Origin: Bacteroidia bacterium
GTDB taxonomy: Bacteria > Bacteroidota > Bacteroidia > SpSt-205
Direction: 5' to 3'
DNA length: 33,007 nucleotides
Assembly: GCA_025060275.1 (NCBI GenBank)
Contig: JANXCJ010000002.1
Coordinates: forward strand, 1 to 33,007
The first letter of the stretch is position 1. Every line of letters starts with the position of its first letter. This document shows positions 1 through 8,963 of this stretch, one piece after another. Below the pieces are notes generated by a model. The model was not told the origin of the DNA, made no database searches, and saw nothing but the letters and a program-made list of their open reading frames with translations. The translations under genes were made by a program, and so were the position numbers.

Positions 1-493
1 TGAGTTCCTGCCACACAGAGTAGGCTTGACTACCACTCCCTACTATGACTGTAGGGAAACGGAACATGCGGCGTCGTAAAATCTTGAAGACAACTAAACG
101 CATCAGCATGAGGGAAAACCAGCTCAACCCGATTTGTAAGGCTATGTATAGAAGTAGTGTGGTGCGGTATGTCTTGTAGTTAGGGATGGGATCATCTAGA
201 AAAGCTAAAAAGAAGAGTGCTAAGCTTCCCAAAGTGCTGAGCCATGCACGGTTGAAGAGCTCATTCATTATAGATTGCCGAATAGGGTCCTTATAGCTGC
301 CGCCTAATCCATATGTGAGTGTCCAGTAGGTGGCTACTAATAGGGGTGCCCATAAGTATTCCCATAGGGTGGCAGGTAGACCTACTTCTTGATATAAATA
401 ATACCGCCGCACCCAATAGAAGACTATCCATCCTATGTATGAAAGGGCAAAATCTGAAATCAAGAAGAATATACCCAGTAATTGCCTTCTCAT
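1..493 (-). CDS. polyprenyl glycosylphosphotransferase (WcaJ/EpsB-type priming sugar transferase), N-terminal part; gene runs off the window edge
   Basis: Not in the ORF track because it is open to the edge. My reverse-complement translation from ATG 493..491 has no stops: MRRQLLGIFFLISDFALSYIGWIVFYWVRRYYLYQEV...GGSYKDPIRQSIMNELFNRAW...RRRMFRFPTVIVGSGSQAYSVWQEL. It has a multi-TM N-terminus followed by a VIVGSG linker, as in exopolysaccharide priming transferases. ATGA overlap with the upstream gene. Confidence 0.55.
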   Translation of the reverse strand, partial: MRRQLLGIFFLISDFALSYIGWIVFYWVRRYYLYQEVGLPATLWEYLWAPLLVATYWTLTYGLGGSYKDPIRQSIMNELFNRAWLSTLGSLALFFLAFLDDPIPNYKTYRTTLLLYIALQIGLSWFSLMLMRLVVFKILRRRMFRFPTVIVGSGSQAYSVWQEL

Positions 494-1386
494 GAGTGCT
501 TGAAGGTAATTACACGGATGTCGTCCAAGTAGAGGAAATGAGTGCCTATAGTATCTCCCATGCTAGCTAAGTACAGCCTGTAGCGAAAAAGCTCTCCTTT
601 AGCAGCCATCCAGGGGCTAATAGGGATATAAAAAGTACTCCACTGTTCCTGCGAGGGACGTAGTAGCAGATAGAGCTCTCTCCCAACTAATCTTCCTGTC
701 TGTCGCTCTTCTATTGTAAGACCTATGGAGAGGTTGCGGCTACCCCGTAGGGAGATTTCCAGCCAGGTTTCCTCTCGGGGTAATTCAAAAGCACTCAGGC
801 TCTCTAAGCGAAAGTCGCTATTTGGCTCAAGGAGTACTTCCCCGCTCCAGAAACCCCGGCGAGGATTTTGGAGGGTGCGGCGTAGATTCACTGCATAAGG
901 CTCTCCGGCATTAACTACACGGAAACCAAGCTGAGGGCTCTCAAAATCCTCCTTTAGGAGGTACTTTAGAAGGGTATCCGGAAGGTATGTATAGAGGGGA
1001 GTATGATAAAATTCTGTCTCTGCTGCCAATGGAACCTTTATGGTATCAAATTGCCAGAAGGGGTAGGGACGACGCATTACTGAAATGCCGCTTGCTCGTA
1101 CTCCCCCTGCTAATAAGATAGGATGAATAGAAGCAGGAACAATGGGTATTCGTCCCCCCGGCTCTACCAGCGTGAGATATTTTCCTTCGGGGTATACCCA
1201 CGCATCTACAGGAGCTTCTATGAAGAGGGTATCTGTTTCTATTATAACCCGTGCTGAGCCTATGCGGAGGTAAGCAGGCGGTAAAGCCCTTTGATGCTCA
1301 CAACTAACGAGGAGAAAAAAGCAAGCGGCTCTCAGCCATTGCAGCCACTTGCCACGTCCATTCCATAACGGGATACACATGTGCAA
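490..1386 (-). CDS. hypothetical protein, probable lipoprotein (signal peptide ending LLVSC)
   Basis: 298-aa ORF with a lipobox-like FFLLVSC near the N-terminus. No family recognised. It lies between an oxidoreductase and a sugar transferase gene. The start is uncertain (TTG 1386 or ATG 1380), and either one overlaps the 3' end of the upstream gene by about 80 nt. Confidence 0.5.
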   Translation of the reverse strand: MHMCIPLWNGRGKWLQWLRAACFFLLVSCEHQRALPPAYLRIGSARVIIETDTLFIEAPVDAWVYPEGKYLTLVEPGGRIPIVPASIHPILLAGGVRASGISVMRRPYPFWQFDTIKVPLAAETEFYHTPLYTYLPDTLLKYLLKEDFESPQLGFRVVNAGEPYAVNLRRTLQNPRRGFWSGEVLLEPNSDFRLESLSAFELPREETWLEISLRGSRNLSIGLTIEERQTGRLVGRELYLLLRPSQEQWSTFYIPISPWMAAKGELFRYRLYLASMGDTIGTHFLYLDDIRVITFKHS

Positions 1387-2236
1387 GAGAGAGAAAGGAT
1401 TCTCTTCCTTCCTGAATGCACGACAAAAAGTGTTCCAATTCGGCGGATAGGGCGTCCTCCGGATATGAAGAAGGCAAAGGAGTTTCCATCTCTGGTGTTA
1501 AACACCAGAACTGCGCTGTACGAGAGAGTAGGTCAGCTTCTGCCCATATAGAGGGACCATGCGCCACTATCCGGCGCCTTTTGTGGGGTGCAACACGACT
1601 GACTAAGAAGCTAGCCCCTCTGCCACCTACTAAATCTATGTAAAGCTGGACACTATCTGGAGTATCAGAATGGCTGCGATATGCACTCACTCGCATCTCT
1701 GCTATTCGTCCCTCTGTCAGTGCCCAGAAAAGGTCTAAATCATGAATAAGCAAATCTAATACTACGGATACTTCACTTCCTCGGGGGACCCAAGGTGCTA
1801 TTCTCTCAAAGCTATACTGCCAAAAAAGGTGACGCAGAGGCCATAAAGACCGAAAAGCAGGATTGAATCTCTCTATGTGCCCCACAACTGTAACTACGTC
1901 CATTTCTTCTTGGAGGCGAAGAAGTAAGTCAAGCTCCTCGGGGGTAGTTACAACAGGCTTCTCTATGAGGATATGTTTCTGAGCTCGTAATGCAGCTGCG
2001 GCGTAGAAAACGTGGGTGGGAGTAGGGGAGGCTATGATTACAGCATCAACTTTTGCGAGAAGGGTTTCATAATCGTCTACGACGGGTAGCCCCTTCTCTT
2101 GGAGTTCTATATGACAAGTAGGACTTGTATCAAATAGGGCTACTACCTGAGTACGAGGGGATTGAAGGGCTTTTTGAAGATGGAGGCGTCCCATGTATCC
2201 TAGCCCCACGATCCCCAACCTTACGGGCGAACTCAT
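1304..2236 (-). CDS. Gfo/Idh/MocA family NAD(P)-dependent oxidoreductase (sugar dehydrogenase-like)
   Basis: N-terminal Rossmann motif VRLGIVGLGYMGRLH, an EKP motif (ILIEKPV), and typical length of 310 aa. Confidence 0.85.
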   Translation of the reverse strand: MSSPVRLGIVGLGYMGRLHLQKALQSPRTQVVALFDTSPTCHIELQEKGLPVVDDYETLLAKVDAVIIASPTPTHVFYAAAALRAQKHILIEKPVVTTPEELDLLLRLQEEMDVVTVVGHIERFNPAFRSLWPLRHLFWQYSFERIAPWVPRGSEVSVVLDLLIHDLDLFWALTEGRIAEMRVSAYRSHSDTPDSVQLYIDLVGGRGASFLVSRVAPHKRRRIVAHGPSIWAEADLLSRTAQFWCLTPEMETPLPSSYPEDALSAELEHFLSCIQEGRESFLSLAHVYPVMEWTWQVAAMAESRLLFSPR

Positions 2237-2403
2237 GAATGGGATAGTAGCTCATGGGACAGCTCGCGCAGCAGGCGAAGGTTAGCCTCCTGGAGTGCAT
2301 TAGTCTTACGACTGGTGAGGGGAGCCCAAAGCCGCCGCCGCTGGATGCGTCGTCTCGCACGATTACGGCGTACATATACTCGTTTGTCTGGCTTTCTACC
2401 CAT
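2233..2403 (-). CDS. small arginine-rich hypothetical protein (56 aa), unannotated in the ORF track
   Basis: My translation: MGRKPDKRVYVRRNRARRRIQRRRLWAPLTSRKTNALQEANLRLLRELSHELLSHS. The ATG lies 5 nt after a perfect TACTTTTG -7 box. Its TGA overlaps the ATG of the downstream oxidoreductase gene (ATGA). It fills the otherwise empty 191-nt gap after nupC. Confidence 0.4.
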   Translation of the reverse strand: MGRKPDKRVYVRRNRARRRIQRRRLWAPLTSRKTNALQEANLRLLRELSHELLSHS

Positions 2404-2408
2404 AGGCG

Positions 2409-2416
2409 CAAAAGTA
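2409..2416 (-). promoter_or_regulatory. Bacteroidetes-type -7 promoter box TACTTTTG, 5 nt upstream of ATG 2403
   Basis: Plus strand reads caaaagta. Matches TAnnTTTG. The spacing falls in the same 4-8 nt range as the other unit heads in the window. Confidence 0.45.
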
Positions 2417-2427
2417 CGAAGAAGCCT

Positions 2428-3705
2428 CTATATCAGAAAAATACTTGCCCAGCAGGCGGAAAGTAGGGAGGCCATCGCACCACCAGCTACAGCTCGCAAA
2501 CCCAGCTCAGCAATTTCCCGCCTTCGTTCAGGAACTAAAGCCCCAATGCCCCCTAACTGAATAGCGATTGAACTAAAATTAGCAAAGCCACTTAGCGCAT
2601 AAGTAGCCAATATGCGAGCTTCTGTACTCAGAAACTGCATTTTAGAAAGATTTGTATAGGCTATAAATTCGTTTAGAACTATTTTCTGACCGATTAGGGC
2701 TCCCACAGCAAGAGTCTCTTGCCATTTTATGCCTATTAGCCATGCTATAGGGCGAAATATCTGTCCTAGCATCCATTCAAGGGAGAGCCCGGCATAAATT
2801 TTTTGAGAACTCTGGGCTATCCAGGGATTGAGTCCTATCCATTCCCCTGCCTTGAAGAGCAGGTGATTCACAAGAGCCAGGGTGGCAATAAAAGCTAATA
2901 ACATGGCAGCAATATTTGCTGCAAGGCGCAGACCTTCTGAGGCACCCTGGGCGAGTGCTTCTAATATATTTGTGGCTTTAGAAATGGAGGCTATTTGAAG
3001 AGACTTCTGATGAGAAATAGAATGACTTTCAGGAAGCAAGATTTTGGCAAATACCAAAGCCGCGGGGGCATTCATCACAGAAGCTGCCATAAGGTGCAGG
3101 GCGTAAGTCTGCCTTAGCTGAGGGTCCGTTCCACCCAAAAAGCCTACATAGGCGGCTAATACTCCTCCTGCCAGGGTAGCCATGCCCCCTACCATTATAG
3201 CTAATAGTTCTGAGCGTGAAAGTCCAGCTAAATAGGGACGGATGAGAAGAGGTGCTTCCGTCTGTCCTAAAAATATATTAGATGCTACGCAGAGGCTCTC
3301 GGGACCCGAAGTGCCTAAGGTCTTCCGCATCACCCATGCTATTACCCGTACTACCTGCTGGAGTATGCCTAAATGATACAATACTGCCGTAAGGGAGGCA
3401 AAGAAAATTACTGTGGGTAAGACTTGTAAGACGAATATGAATCCAAAAATTTCTGAATGTGTAGGACGGACTAGATTCCCAAAGAGGAATTCTGCTCCTT
3501 TATGGGAAAACTCTAATACTCTGACAAATGCCCAGCTTAGGTATTCAAAGGTACTACGAGCGGGAGGCCATCTTAGGAGAAGCCACCCTATGACTGCCTG
3601 AAGGAAAAGGCCACCTCCTATTACTCTTAGCATGAGGGGCCTTCGCTTTTCTGCTAATAGCCAAGCAAATAGCAAAAGAAGCGGTATGCCTAAAACCGCC
3701 TGCAT
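2428..3705 (-). CDS. nupC: NupC/NupG-family concentrative nucleoside transporter
   Basis: 425-aa polytopic membrane protein with CNT-family layout (N-terminal Gate-like helices; C-terminal NupC domain with GFANFSSIAIQLGGIG). Confidence 0.85.
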   Translation of the reverse strand: MQAVLGIPLLLLFAWLLAEKRRPLMLRVIGGGLFLQAVIGWLLLRWPPARSTFEYLSWAFVRVLEFSHKGAEFLFGNLVRPTHSEIFGFIFVLQVLPTVIFFASLTAVLYHLGILQQVVRVIAWVMRKTLGTSGPESLCVASNIFLGQTEAPLLIRPYLAGLSRSELLAIMVGGMATLAGGVLAAYVGFLGGTDPQLRQTYALHLMAASVMNAPAALVFAKILLPESHSISHQKSLQIASISKATNILEALAQGASEGLRLAANIAAMLLAFIATLALVNHLLFKAGEWIGLNPWIAQSSQKIYAGLSLEWMLGQIFRPIAWLIGIKWQETLAVGALIGQKIVLNEFIAYTNLSKMQFLSTEARILATYALSGFANFSSIAIQLGGIGALVPERRREIAELGLRAVAGGAMASLLSACWASIFLI

Positions 3706-3708
3706 TAG

Positions 3709-4293
3709 TTATTCATCCTCTTCCTCCTCTTTTCGCTTGAGGCGGCGCAGCTCATCTCGCAGGCGCGCTGCTGTTTCATAATCTTCACGGGCTAAGGCTT
3801 CTTCCAGAAGTCTTTCTAACTCTTCTCGGGTCGCGCCCCTGGAAGAAGTAGAACGCCTCTGTGTCTCCTCCACTTCCTCTTCAGTTCCTGGCTGTCCTGC
3901 CTTTTGTAATACTTCTTCCTCGCAATAGATAGGGGCACCCGCTCTCAATGCTAAGGCTATCCCATCACTGGGACGGCAATCCACTTCTATAAGTTCTTCT
4001 TTAGTGTCTAAAATAAGATAGGCATAAAAGGTAGAGTCTTGAAGCTTATGTATTGTAACCTCAGTGAGAGATACGTTTAGAGCTGAAAGCGTGTTGATGA
4101 AAAGGTCATGGGTAAGGGGACGGGGATGCCGAAATTTTTCTATTTCTACGTTGATGGCGTGGGCTTCAGGGAAGCCTATGACAATTGGCAGCCGACGATG
4201 CCCGTGCTTCTCCCGAAGTACCACTACAAAAGCATTGTGGAACTCAGTAGGAGGACGGCTCAGTCCTGCTACCTCCATTTCCACCTTGGGCAT
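3709..4293 (-). CDS. bifunctional nuclease (BFN/DUF151) family protein with C-terminal UVR motif
   Basis: VVLREKHGHRRLPIVIGFPEAHAI...RPLTHDL core of the BFN domain plus a C-terminal UVR-like helix, YETAARLRDELRRLK. The ORF track opens at TTG 4311. I prefer ATG 4293 (MPKVEMEVAGL) because a -7 box lies 6 nt upstream of it. Confidence 0.8.
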   Translation of the reverse strand: MPKVEMEVAGLSRPPTEFHNAFVVVLREKHGHRRLPIVIGFPEAHAINVEIEKFRHPRPLTHDLFINTLSALNVSLTEVTIHKLQDSTFYAYLILDTKEELIEVDCRPSDGIALALRAGAPIYCEEEVLQKAGQPGTEEEVEETQRRSTSSRGATREELERLLEEALAREDYETAARLRDELRRLKRKEEEEDE

Positions 4294-4299
4294 GGAAGT

Positions 4300-4316
4300 C
4301 AAAGGTATCAAAAATA
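4300..4316 (-). promoter_or_regulatory. tandem -7 boxes TATTTTTG-A-TACCTTTG; the proximal box is 6 nt upstream of ATG 4293
   Basis: Minus strand reads TATTTTTGATACCTTTGACTTCCATG. Both octamers match TAnnTTTG. Confidence 0.45.
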
Positions 4317-4323
4317 CCTTATC

Positions 4324-4878
4324 CTACTGCTTCGTCCACCCCTCTACAAAGCGCTGAAAAGCTATTGCGCGATGAGAGTATTTTTTCTTCCATGCCTCTC
4401 CCAATTCTGCTACTGTGTGTTCCGAACCCGCTGGAATAAATATAGGATCATATCCAAAGCCACCTTCTCCACGCATTTCCCGGGCTATCATCCCGAAACA
4501 GTAGCCCGTATAAAAGTGGTACTGAGCATTACCAAAATAAGCTACCAGCACCGCTACGAAGTAGGCATTCCGATGAGCAACCCCCTCCATAGCCTTCAAG
4601 AGTCTCTGGGGGCCGCCATATCTGGCGGAGAAGACACCGGGCTGACCTCCCAAAGCAGGAACAAAAAGCCCGCTATCCTCAGCAAGAACGGGGACCCTTG
4701 CCCAACTTGCATAAAATGCCGCCTTGCTAAGAGCATTTGCATAAAGGGTCTCGTAAGGCTCAGGGGCTTCGGGTGCCTCAGGAGGCAAACCCTCTAATAC
4801 CCATTCATTTCCAAGGATTGTCTGGGCTTCCTTGAGCTTGTAGGGGTTTTTCGTAGCAAATAACCACTTAGCCTCCAC
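4324..4878 (-). CDS. rdgB: non-canonical purine NTP pyrophosphatase (RdgB/HAM1 family)
   Basis: FATKNPYKLKE N-terminus and the GFGYDPIFIP motif. 184 aa. The start overlaps the 3' end of yciH. Confidence 0.9.
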   Translation of the reverse strand: MEAKWLFATKNPYKLKEAQTILGNEWVLEGLPPEAPEAPEPYETLYANALSKAAFYASWARVPVLAEDSGLFVPALGGQPGVFSARYGGPQRLLKAMEGVAHRNAYFVAVLVAYFGNAQYHFYTGYCFGMIAREMRGEGGFGYDPIFIPAGSEHTVAELGEAWKKKYSHRAIAFQRFVEGWTKQ

Positions 4879-5185
4879 TTCTTTTGGCTATATGTCCTTC
4901 TTTTTGTAGAAAGGCTAAAACTTTCTCCACACAGTTGCCCTGTAAGATTATCTTGCTGCCTACTACACTACCTCCTGTCGCGCACATTTGCCTTAGCTGC
5001 CGAGCTAAATTCTCCAAATCCTCTTTTTTACCTATGAAGCCCATAATCTCTGTTATCTCTTTATTTCCTGCTATGCGCTTGCGGGAGACGCGCAGATTCT
5101 GTTTTTGAGGCGTTTGAGTTTCAGGTGGAGGGGATGCCTTTAGGGGACGGGTAGAATAGACTAAGCGGTCTTGTTCTTTCATCAC
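4868..5185 (-). CDS. yciH: SUI1/eIF1-family translation initiation factor (YciH-like)
   Basis: About 105 aa with the SUI1 core KRIAGNKEITEI...LARQLRQMCATGGSV...IILQG. The start is either GTG 5185 or the adjacent ATG 5182. Confidence 0.85.
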   Translation of the reverse strand: MMKEQDRLVYSTRPLKASPPPETQTPQKQNLRVSRKRIAGNKEITEIMGFIGKKEDLENLARQLRQMCATGGSVVGSKIILQGNCVEKVLAFLQKEGHIAKRSGG

Positions 5186-5190
5186 TCCTT

Positions 5191-5198
5191 CAAAGATA
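5191..5198 (-). promoter_or_regulatory. -7 promoter box TATCTTTG, 5 nt upstream of GTG 5185 (8 nt from ATG 5182)
   Basis: Minus strand reads TATCTTTGAAGGAGTGATG. It lies in the 89-nt divergent yciH/cmk intergenic region. Confidence 0.45.
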
Positions 5199-5259
5199 AG
5201 AAATTTTACAAGCTAAGGTACCTCTCTATACGAAATGGAGAAGTTTCGCTTAGGATTTA

Positions 5260-5267
5260 TACCTTTG
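5260..5267 (+). promoter_or_regulatory. -7 promoter box TACCTTTG, 7 nt upstream of the cmk GTG 5275
   Basis: Plus strand reads TACCTTTGaagtgaaGTG. An in-frame TGA at 5266-5268 leaves GTG 5275 as the only possible start. Confidence 0.45.
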
Positions 5268-5274
5268 AAGTGAA

Positions 5275-5961
5275 GTGCGGCAAATCATCATTGCGATAGA
5301 TGGGTATGCGGCTACAGGCAAGAGTACCACGGCCCGTGGAGTAGCAGAAGCACTCAACTACCTTCATATAGACTCTGGAGCGATGTATAGAGCAGTAGCT
5401 TGGTACCTCTGGCAAAGAGGGGTTCGGACAGTCCAACCTGATCTACTTCCTACGCAATTAGAAGATTTAGCTCTTCATCTCGAGCGGCAAGGAAGAGAAA
5501 TGGCTATTTTCGTCAATGGCCGTCTACTCCAGGAAGAGCTGCGGAGACCTGAGATCAGCAGGTTTGCGAGTGAGGTAAGTGCGGTACCGTGGGTGCGTGA
5601 GAGGCTTATTGCGGAGCAGCGGAAATTAGGATGTAGAGGAGGGATAGTAATGGATGGTCGTGATATAGGTACAGTAGTCTTCCCTAATGCAGAACTAAAA
5701 GTTTTCATGCAGGCGGAGCTCTCTGTCCGAGTAGAGCGCCGTTACCAGGAGCTACTCGCAAGAGGAATAGTAGTGGATAAAAAGACTATCCTTCATGAAC
5801 TAAAGGAAAGAGATTATCGGGATGAGACGCGTGCCACAAGTCCCCTTCGCAAAGCCCCAGACATGTATGTGCTGGATACTACCCATTTGACTATCTCCGG
5901 GCAGATCGCACAAGTAGTAAAGTGGGCAAAAGAACTTATCTATGCCTCTACGCCGTCCTGA
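5275..5961 (+). CDS. cmk: cytidylate kinase
   Basis: IIIAIDGYAATGKSTTARGVA P-loop followed by IDSGAMYRA. 228 aa. Confidence 0.9.
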   Translation: MRQIIIAIDGYAATGKSTTARGVAEALNYLHIDSGAMYRAVAWYLWQRGVRTVQPDLLPTQLEDLALHLERQGREMAIFVNGRLLQEELRRPEISRFASEVSAVPWVRERLIAEQRKLGCRGGIVMDGRDIGTVVFPNAELKVFMQAELSVRVERRYQELLARGIVVDKKTILHELKERDYRDETRATSPLRKAPDMYVLDTTHLTISGQIAQVVKWAKELIYASTPS

Positions 5962-5971
5962 ATGTGAGGAT

Positions 5972-6850
5972 ATGGCTAAAAGACCGAAAGTTACAATAAG
6001 CAGCAGTTCGGGCTTTTGTTTCGGTGTGGTATATGCAGTAGAAATGGCAGAGGCGTATTTGGCTGAGCACCCCTATCTCTACTGTTTAGGGGATATAGTT
6101 CACAATGACGAGGAAGTAAAGCGTCTACAAGCCAAAGGATTACGCATAATCTCCCATAATGACCTTTCGCGCTTGCAGGGTGAGACTGTGCTGATTAGAG
6201 CACATGGAGAGCCCCCTGAGACCTATGCTATTGCCCTGCAGAATAACATACACTTGTTAGATGCCTCCTGCCCTGTCGTACTTAAACTTCAAAATAGGAT
6301 AAGGGAAATAGACCGAGAGGGTGTGCAGATAGTTTTACTGGGCACTTTGGGTCATCCCGAAGTGATAGGCCTTGTAGGACAGATACAAAAGGCTAAGCTT
6401 TTCATAGTTTCTTCTCCCGAAGATGTGGAGGCGCTTTCGCTGGACCCTGAAATACCTACTTACCTTTTTAGTCAGACTACTAAAGCACCGGCTCTTTTCT
6501 CTGCTGTGAGGGAAGCCCTATTGGCTAAGGTGCCGAACGCAATAATTGCGGATACGCTGTGCCGTCAGGTCTCCAATAGAGAACCTCATCTTATGGACTT
6601 TGCTCGTAGCCAAGATGTGGTGCTCTTTGTAGGTGGAAAGAAAAGTTCTAACGGCAAGGCGCTTTTTTCCATATGTCAGGCAGCAAACCCTCGTAGTTAT
6701 TATATTTCCATCCCGCAAGAGATAAATTGGGAATGGTTAGAAGGTGCAGAGCGAATCGGGATTGCTGGAGCTACTTCTACTCCTCATTGGCTGATGGAGA
6801 GAGTCAAGGCATATATAGAAGCCCACTACGAGAGTGAAGAAAGGGATTAG
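5972..6850 (+). CDS. ispH: 4-hydroxy-3-methylbut-2-enyl diphosphate reductase
   Basis: SGFCFGVVYAV, IVHNDEEV, RAHG and SQTT motifs of IspH/LytB. I chose ATG 5972 rather than the ORF-track 5942, which overlaps cmk. Confidence 0.9.
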   Translation: MAKRPKVTISSSSGFCFGVVYAVEMAEAYLAEHPYLYCLGDIVHNDEEVKRLQAKGLRIISHNDLSRLQGETVLIRAHGEPPETYAIALQNNIHLLDASCPVVLKLQNRIREIDREGVQIVLLGTLGHPEVIGLVGQIQKAKLFIVSSPEDVEALSLDPEIPTYLFSQTTKAPALFSAVREALLAKVPNAIIADTLCRQVSNREPHLMDFARSQDVVLFVGGKKSSNGKALFSICQAANPRSYYISIPQEINWEWLEGAERIGIAGATSTPHWLMERVKAYIEAHYESEERD

Positions 6851-7859
6851 CCTTCTCATAGTAGGGGGGGTCTATGCCCAAATTGGGGGGGGATGGAGCT
6901 ATGATTTTATTCGTATTGCTGCCACGGCGCGCACAGCCGCATTAGGAAGTATCGCATTCCCGGGAAAGCCAGACTTAGGAGCGGCTTTCCAGAACCCTGC
7001 TCTTTTGAGCGCTCGTCATACCCATACTTTTCAGATTAGCTTGCATCCTTACCTTGCTGATATTGTTGTCGGAAGTCTGGCTTATGGACATGAATGGCGA
7101 GGGGTGGGAACTCTCTGGACAGGCTTACAATATATTGATTATGGGGAATTTAGGCATGCGGACGAGGTAGGGAATATCTTGGGAGTTTTTAGAGCGTATG
7201 AAGGATTCATTGCAGGAGGGGCTGCTCGCCATTTCGGGAAGTGGCACGCGGGTATGAACCTTAAGTTCCCTTTCTCAGTTATCTCGCTCCAGTCGTATAG
7301 GCGTGCGGGTGTGGCTGCAGACATAGGAGTTCTTTATGAAGATACAGTGAGAGGGTGGGGAATTAGCTTACTACTGCGAGACCTCGGAACAGAGCTTTAT
7401 CGATCAGGAGGACGTCCTTTTGCTCAGCCTTTTCCTACCTCGCTACAGGGTTCAGTAAGTTATAAGGTGCCGCATGCTCCTTTTCGCCTTCATTTAGCTC
7501 TCATTCACCTCCAGAGGTGGCGCATGGCTTACAATGATCCTATGCAACCCACTCGGTATGACCTGAGTGGAAACCCTATGCCCCCGCCCCCACCAAAATG
7601 GACGGAGCATCTTTTTCGGCACTTTGTACTGGGGTTGGAGCTGCTACCGGATAAAATAATTAGCTTTCGTTTTGCTTATAATGTGCAGAGGCGGCGCGAG
7701 CTTAATCCTATAGGGAGTTCTTCTTTTGGTGGTATGAGCTTTGGCACCGCTCTCCAAGCCCGAAGGTGGGGCTTAGAATATGCTTACTCAATTTTCTTCC
7801 GGAGAATGGGAGTGCATAGCTTCTCCTTGACCGTGCGACCTTTCAAACAACTCCCCTGA
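6834..7859 (+). CDS. porQ: type IX secretion system outer-membrane protein PorQ-like
   Basis: Signal peptide ending VYA-QIGGG, then ARTAALGS...NPALL near the N-terminus. Also DIGV and HAPFRLHL...LQRW motifs and a length of about 340 aa, as I recall for the PorQ family. Recognised from memory only. Confidence 0.6.
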   Translation: MKKGISLLIVGGVYAQIGGGWSYDFIRIAATARTAALGSIAFPGKPDLGAAFQNPALLSARHTHTFQISLHPYLADIVVGSLAYGHEWRGVGTLWTGLQYIDYGEFRHADEVGNILGVFRAYEGFIAGGAARHFGKWHAGMNLKFPFSVISLQSYRRAGVAADIGVLYEDTVRGWGISLLLRDLGTELYRSGGRPFAQPFPTSLQGSVSYKVPHAPFRLHLALIHLQRWRMAYNDPMQPTRYDLSGNPMPPPPPKWTEHLFRHFVLGLELLPDKIISFRFAYNVQRRRELNPIGSSSFGGMSFGTALQARRWGLEYAYSIFFRRMGVHSFSLTVRPFKQLP

Positions 7860-8963
7860 ATGAGAGAGGAGGAGATACTCGCCCTCATAGCGCTCACTCA
7901 AGTAGAAGGTGTGGGGAGCAAGTATATTCGCCAGCTTCGTAAACGATGGGGAAGCCTTGAAGTTTTATGGGATTCTAAGAGGGCATCAGAATTTCCATCT
8001 CGTATTCAGGAACTTTTTTCACGCCTTCCGGACTTTCGTCGGAAAGCTGAGCAAATTCTTTACCAGTGTGAGAGGCTCTCTATCAAGGTAATTCCTTTTT
8101 GGGAGGAAGGATTTCCTCCTTTATTAGAAGAAATAGCTCATCCCCCCGTGATTATTTATAAGCGAGGAGTTTTATCTCTCACTGGGCTTCCCTTTGTGGC
8201 TGTGGTGGGCACCCGGAAGCCCAGCTCATATGGGCTTCAGGTTACTGCATACTTTGTAGAGGCACTTGTGGAGGAGGGGGTTGTAGTTGTTAGTGGATTG
8301 GCTTATGGCATTGATGCGCAAGCTCATAAAGCTACGCTAGAGAGAGGCGGAAAGACCGTCGCAGTCTTAGCGCATGGATTAGATATGATTTATCCATCCT
8401 CGCATAAACGCCTTGCGGAAGCTATTCTTGCGACAGGCGCATGGATAAGTGAGTATCCGCCGGGGACCAAGCTTCATCCACGTCTTTTTCCTTTCCGGAA
8501 TAGGATTATTGCAGGTTTGTCCCACCTTACGTTGATTGTGGAGTCAGGAGAGAAGGGGGGAGCATTATTTACAGCCCGAGCGGCCTTTGAGGCGAATAGA
8601 CCTGTCTTTGCTGTACCGGGTTCAATTTTTTCTCCTACCTCTCAAGGGTGCCATAGGCTAATAGCTGATCAAATAGCTCACATAGCCTGGCATCCACATG
8701 TAGCCTTAGCAGAGCTAAAGACCCAATTGGGACAGTTACGCTTTTCCCCTCCCTCCTTACCTGAACCGAAAGACCCGTTAGAAGCAAGGATTTATGCTTT
8801 ATTAGCTTCGGGGGCGCGACATGTAGATGAAGTTGCCTTATATATGGATTTGCCTGTAGATGAGCTGCTTATGAAGCTGACCCTTATGGAGATAAGCGGC
8901 TGGATAATCCAAAAGCCAGGAGGCTACATTATGCGGGCAGTCCCTCCAAATGCCATATCTTAA
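7860..8963 (+). CDS. dprA: DNA-processing protein DprA (Smf)
   Basis: VVSGLAYGIDAQAHKATL, FPFRNRIIAGLS and VFAVPGSIFS motifs. The ATG directly abuts the porQ stop. Confidence 0.9.
   Translation: MREEEILALIALTQVEGVGSKYIRQLRKRWGSLEVLWDSKRASEFPSRIQELFSRLPDFRRKAEQILYQCERLSIKVIPFWEEGFPPLLEEIAHPPVIIYKRGVLSLTGLPFVAVVGTRKPSSYGLQVTAYFVEALVEEGVVVVSGLAYGIDAQAHKATLERGGKTVAVLAHGLDMIYPSSHKRLAEAILATGAWISEYPPGTKLHPRLFPFRNRIIAGLSHLTLIVESGEKGGALFTARAAFEANRPVFAVPGSIFSPTSQGCHRLIADQIAHIAWHPHVALAELKTQLGQLRFSPPSLPEPKDPLEARIYALLASGARHVDEVALYMDLPVDELLMKLTLMEISGWIIQKPGGYIMRAVPPNAIS

Noticed and set aside
2130-2560. Three overlapping ORF-track entries (2130..2411 minus, 2254..2466 plus, 2315..2560 plus) around the nupC / oxidoreductase junction
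   Set aside because: Each overlaps well-supported genes or is Arg-rich antisense noise. The 56-aa minus-strand ORF with promoter box and ATGA coupling explains the gap better.
4108-4797. 229-aa plus-strand ORF overlapping the BFN and rdgB genes
   Set aside because: It is antisense to two genes with clear family signatures. Its composition is junk-like (Cys/Tyr/Phe-rich, no motifs). It spans the intergenic boundary of the real genes.
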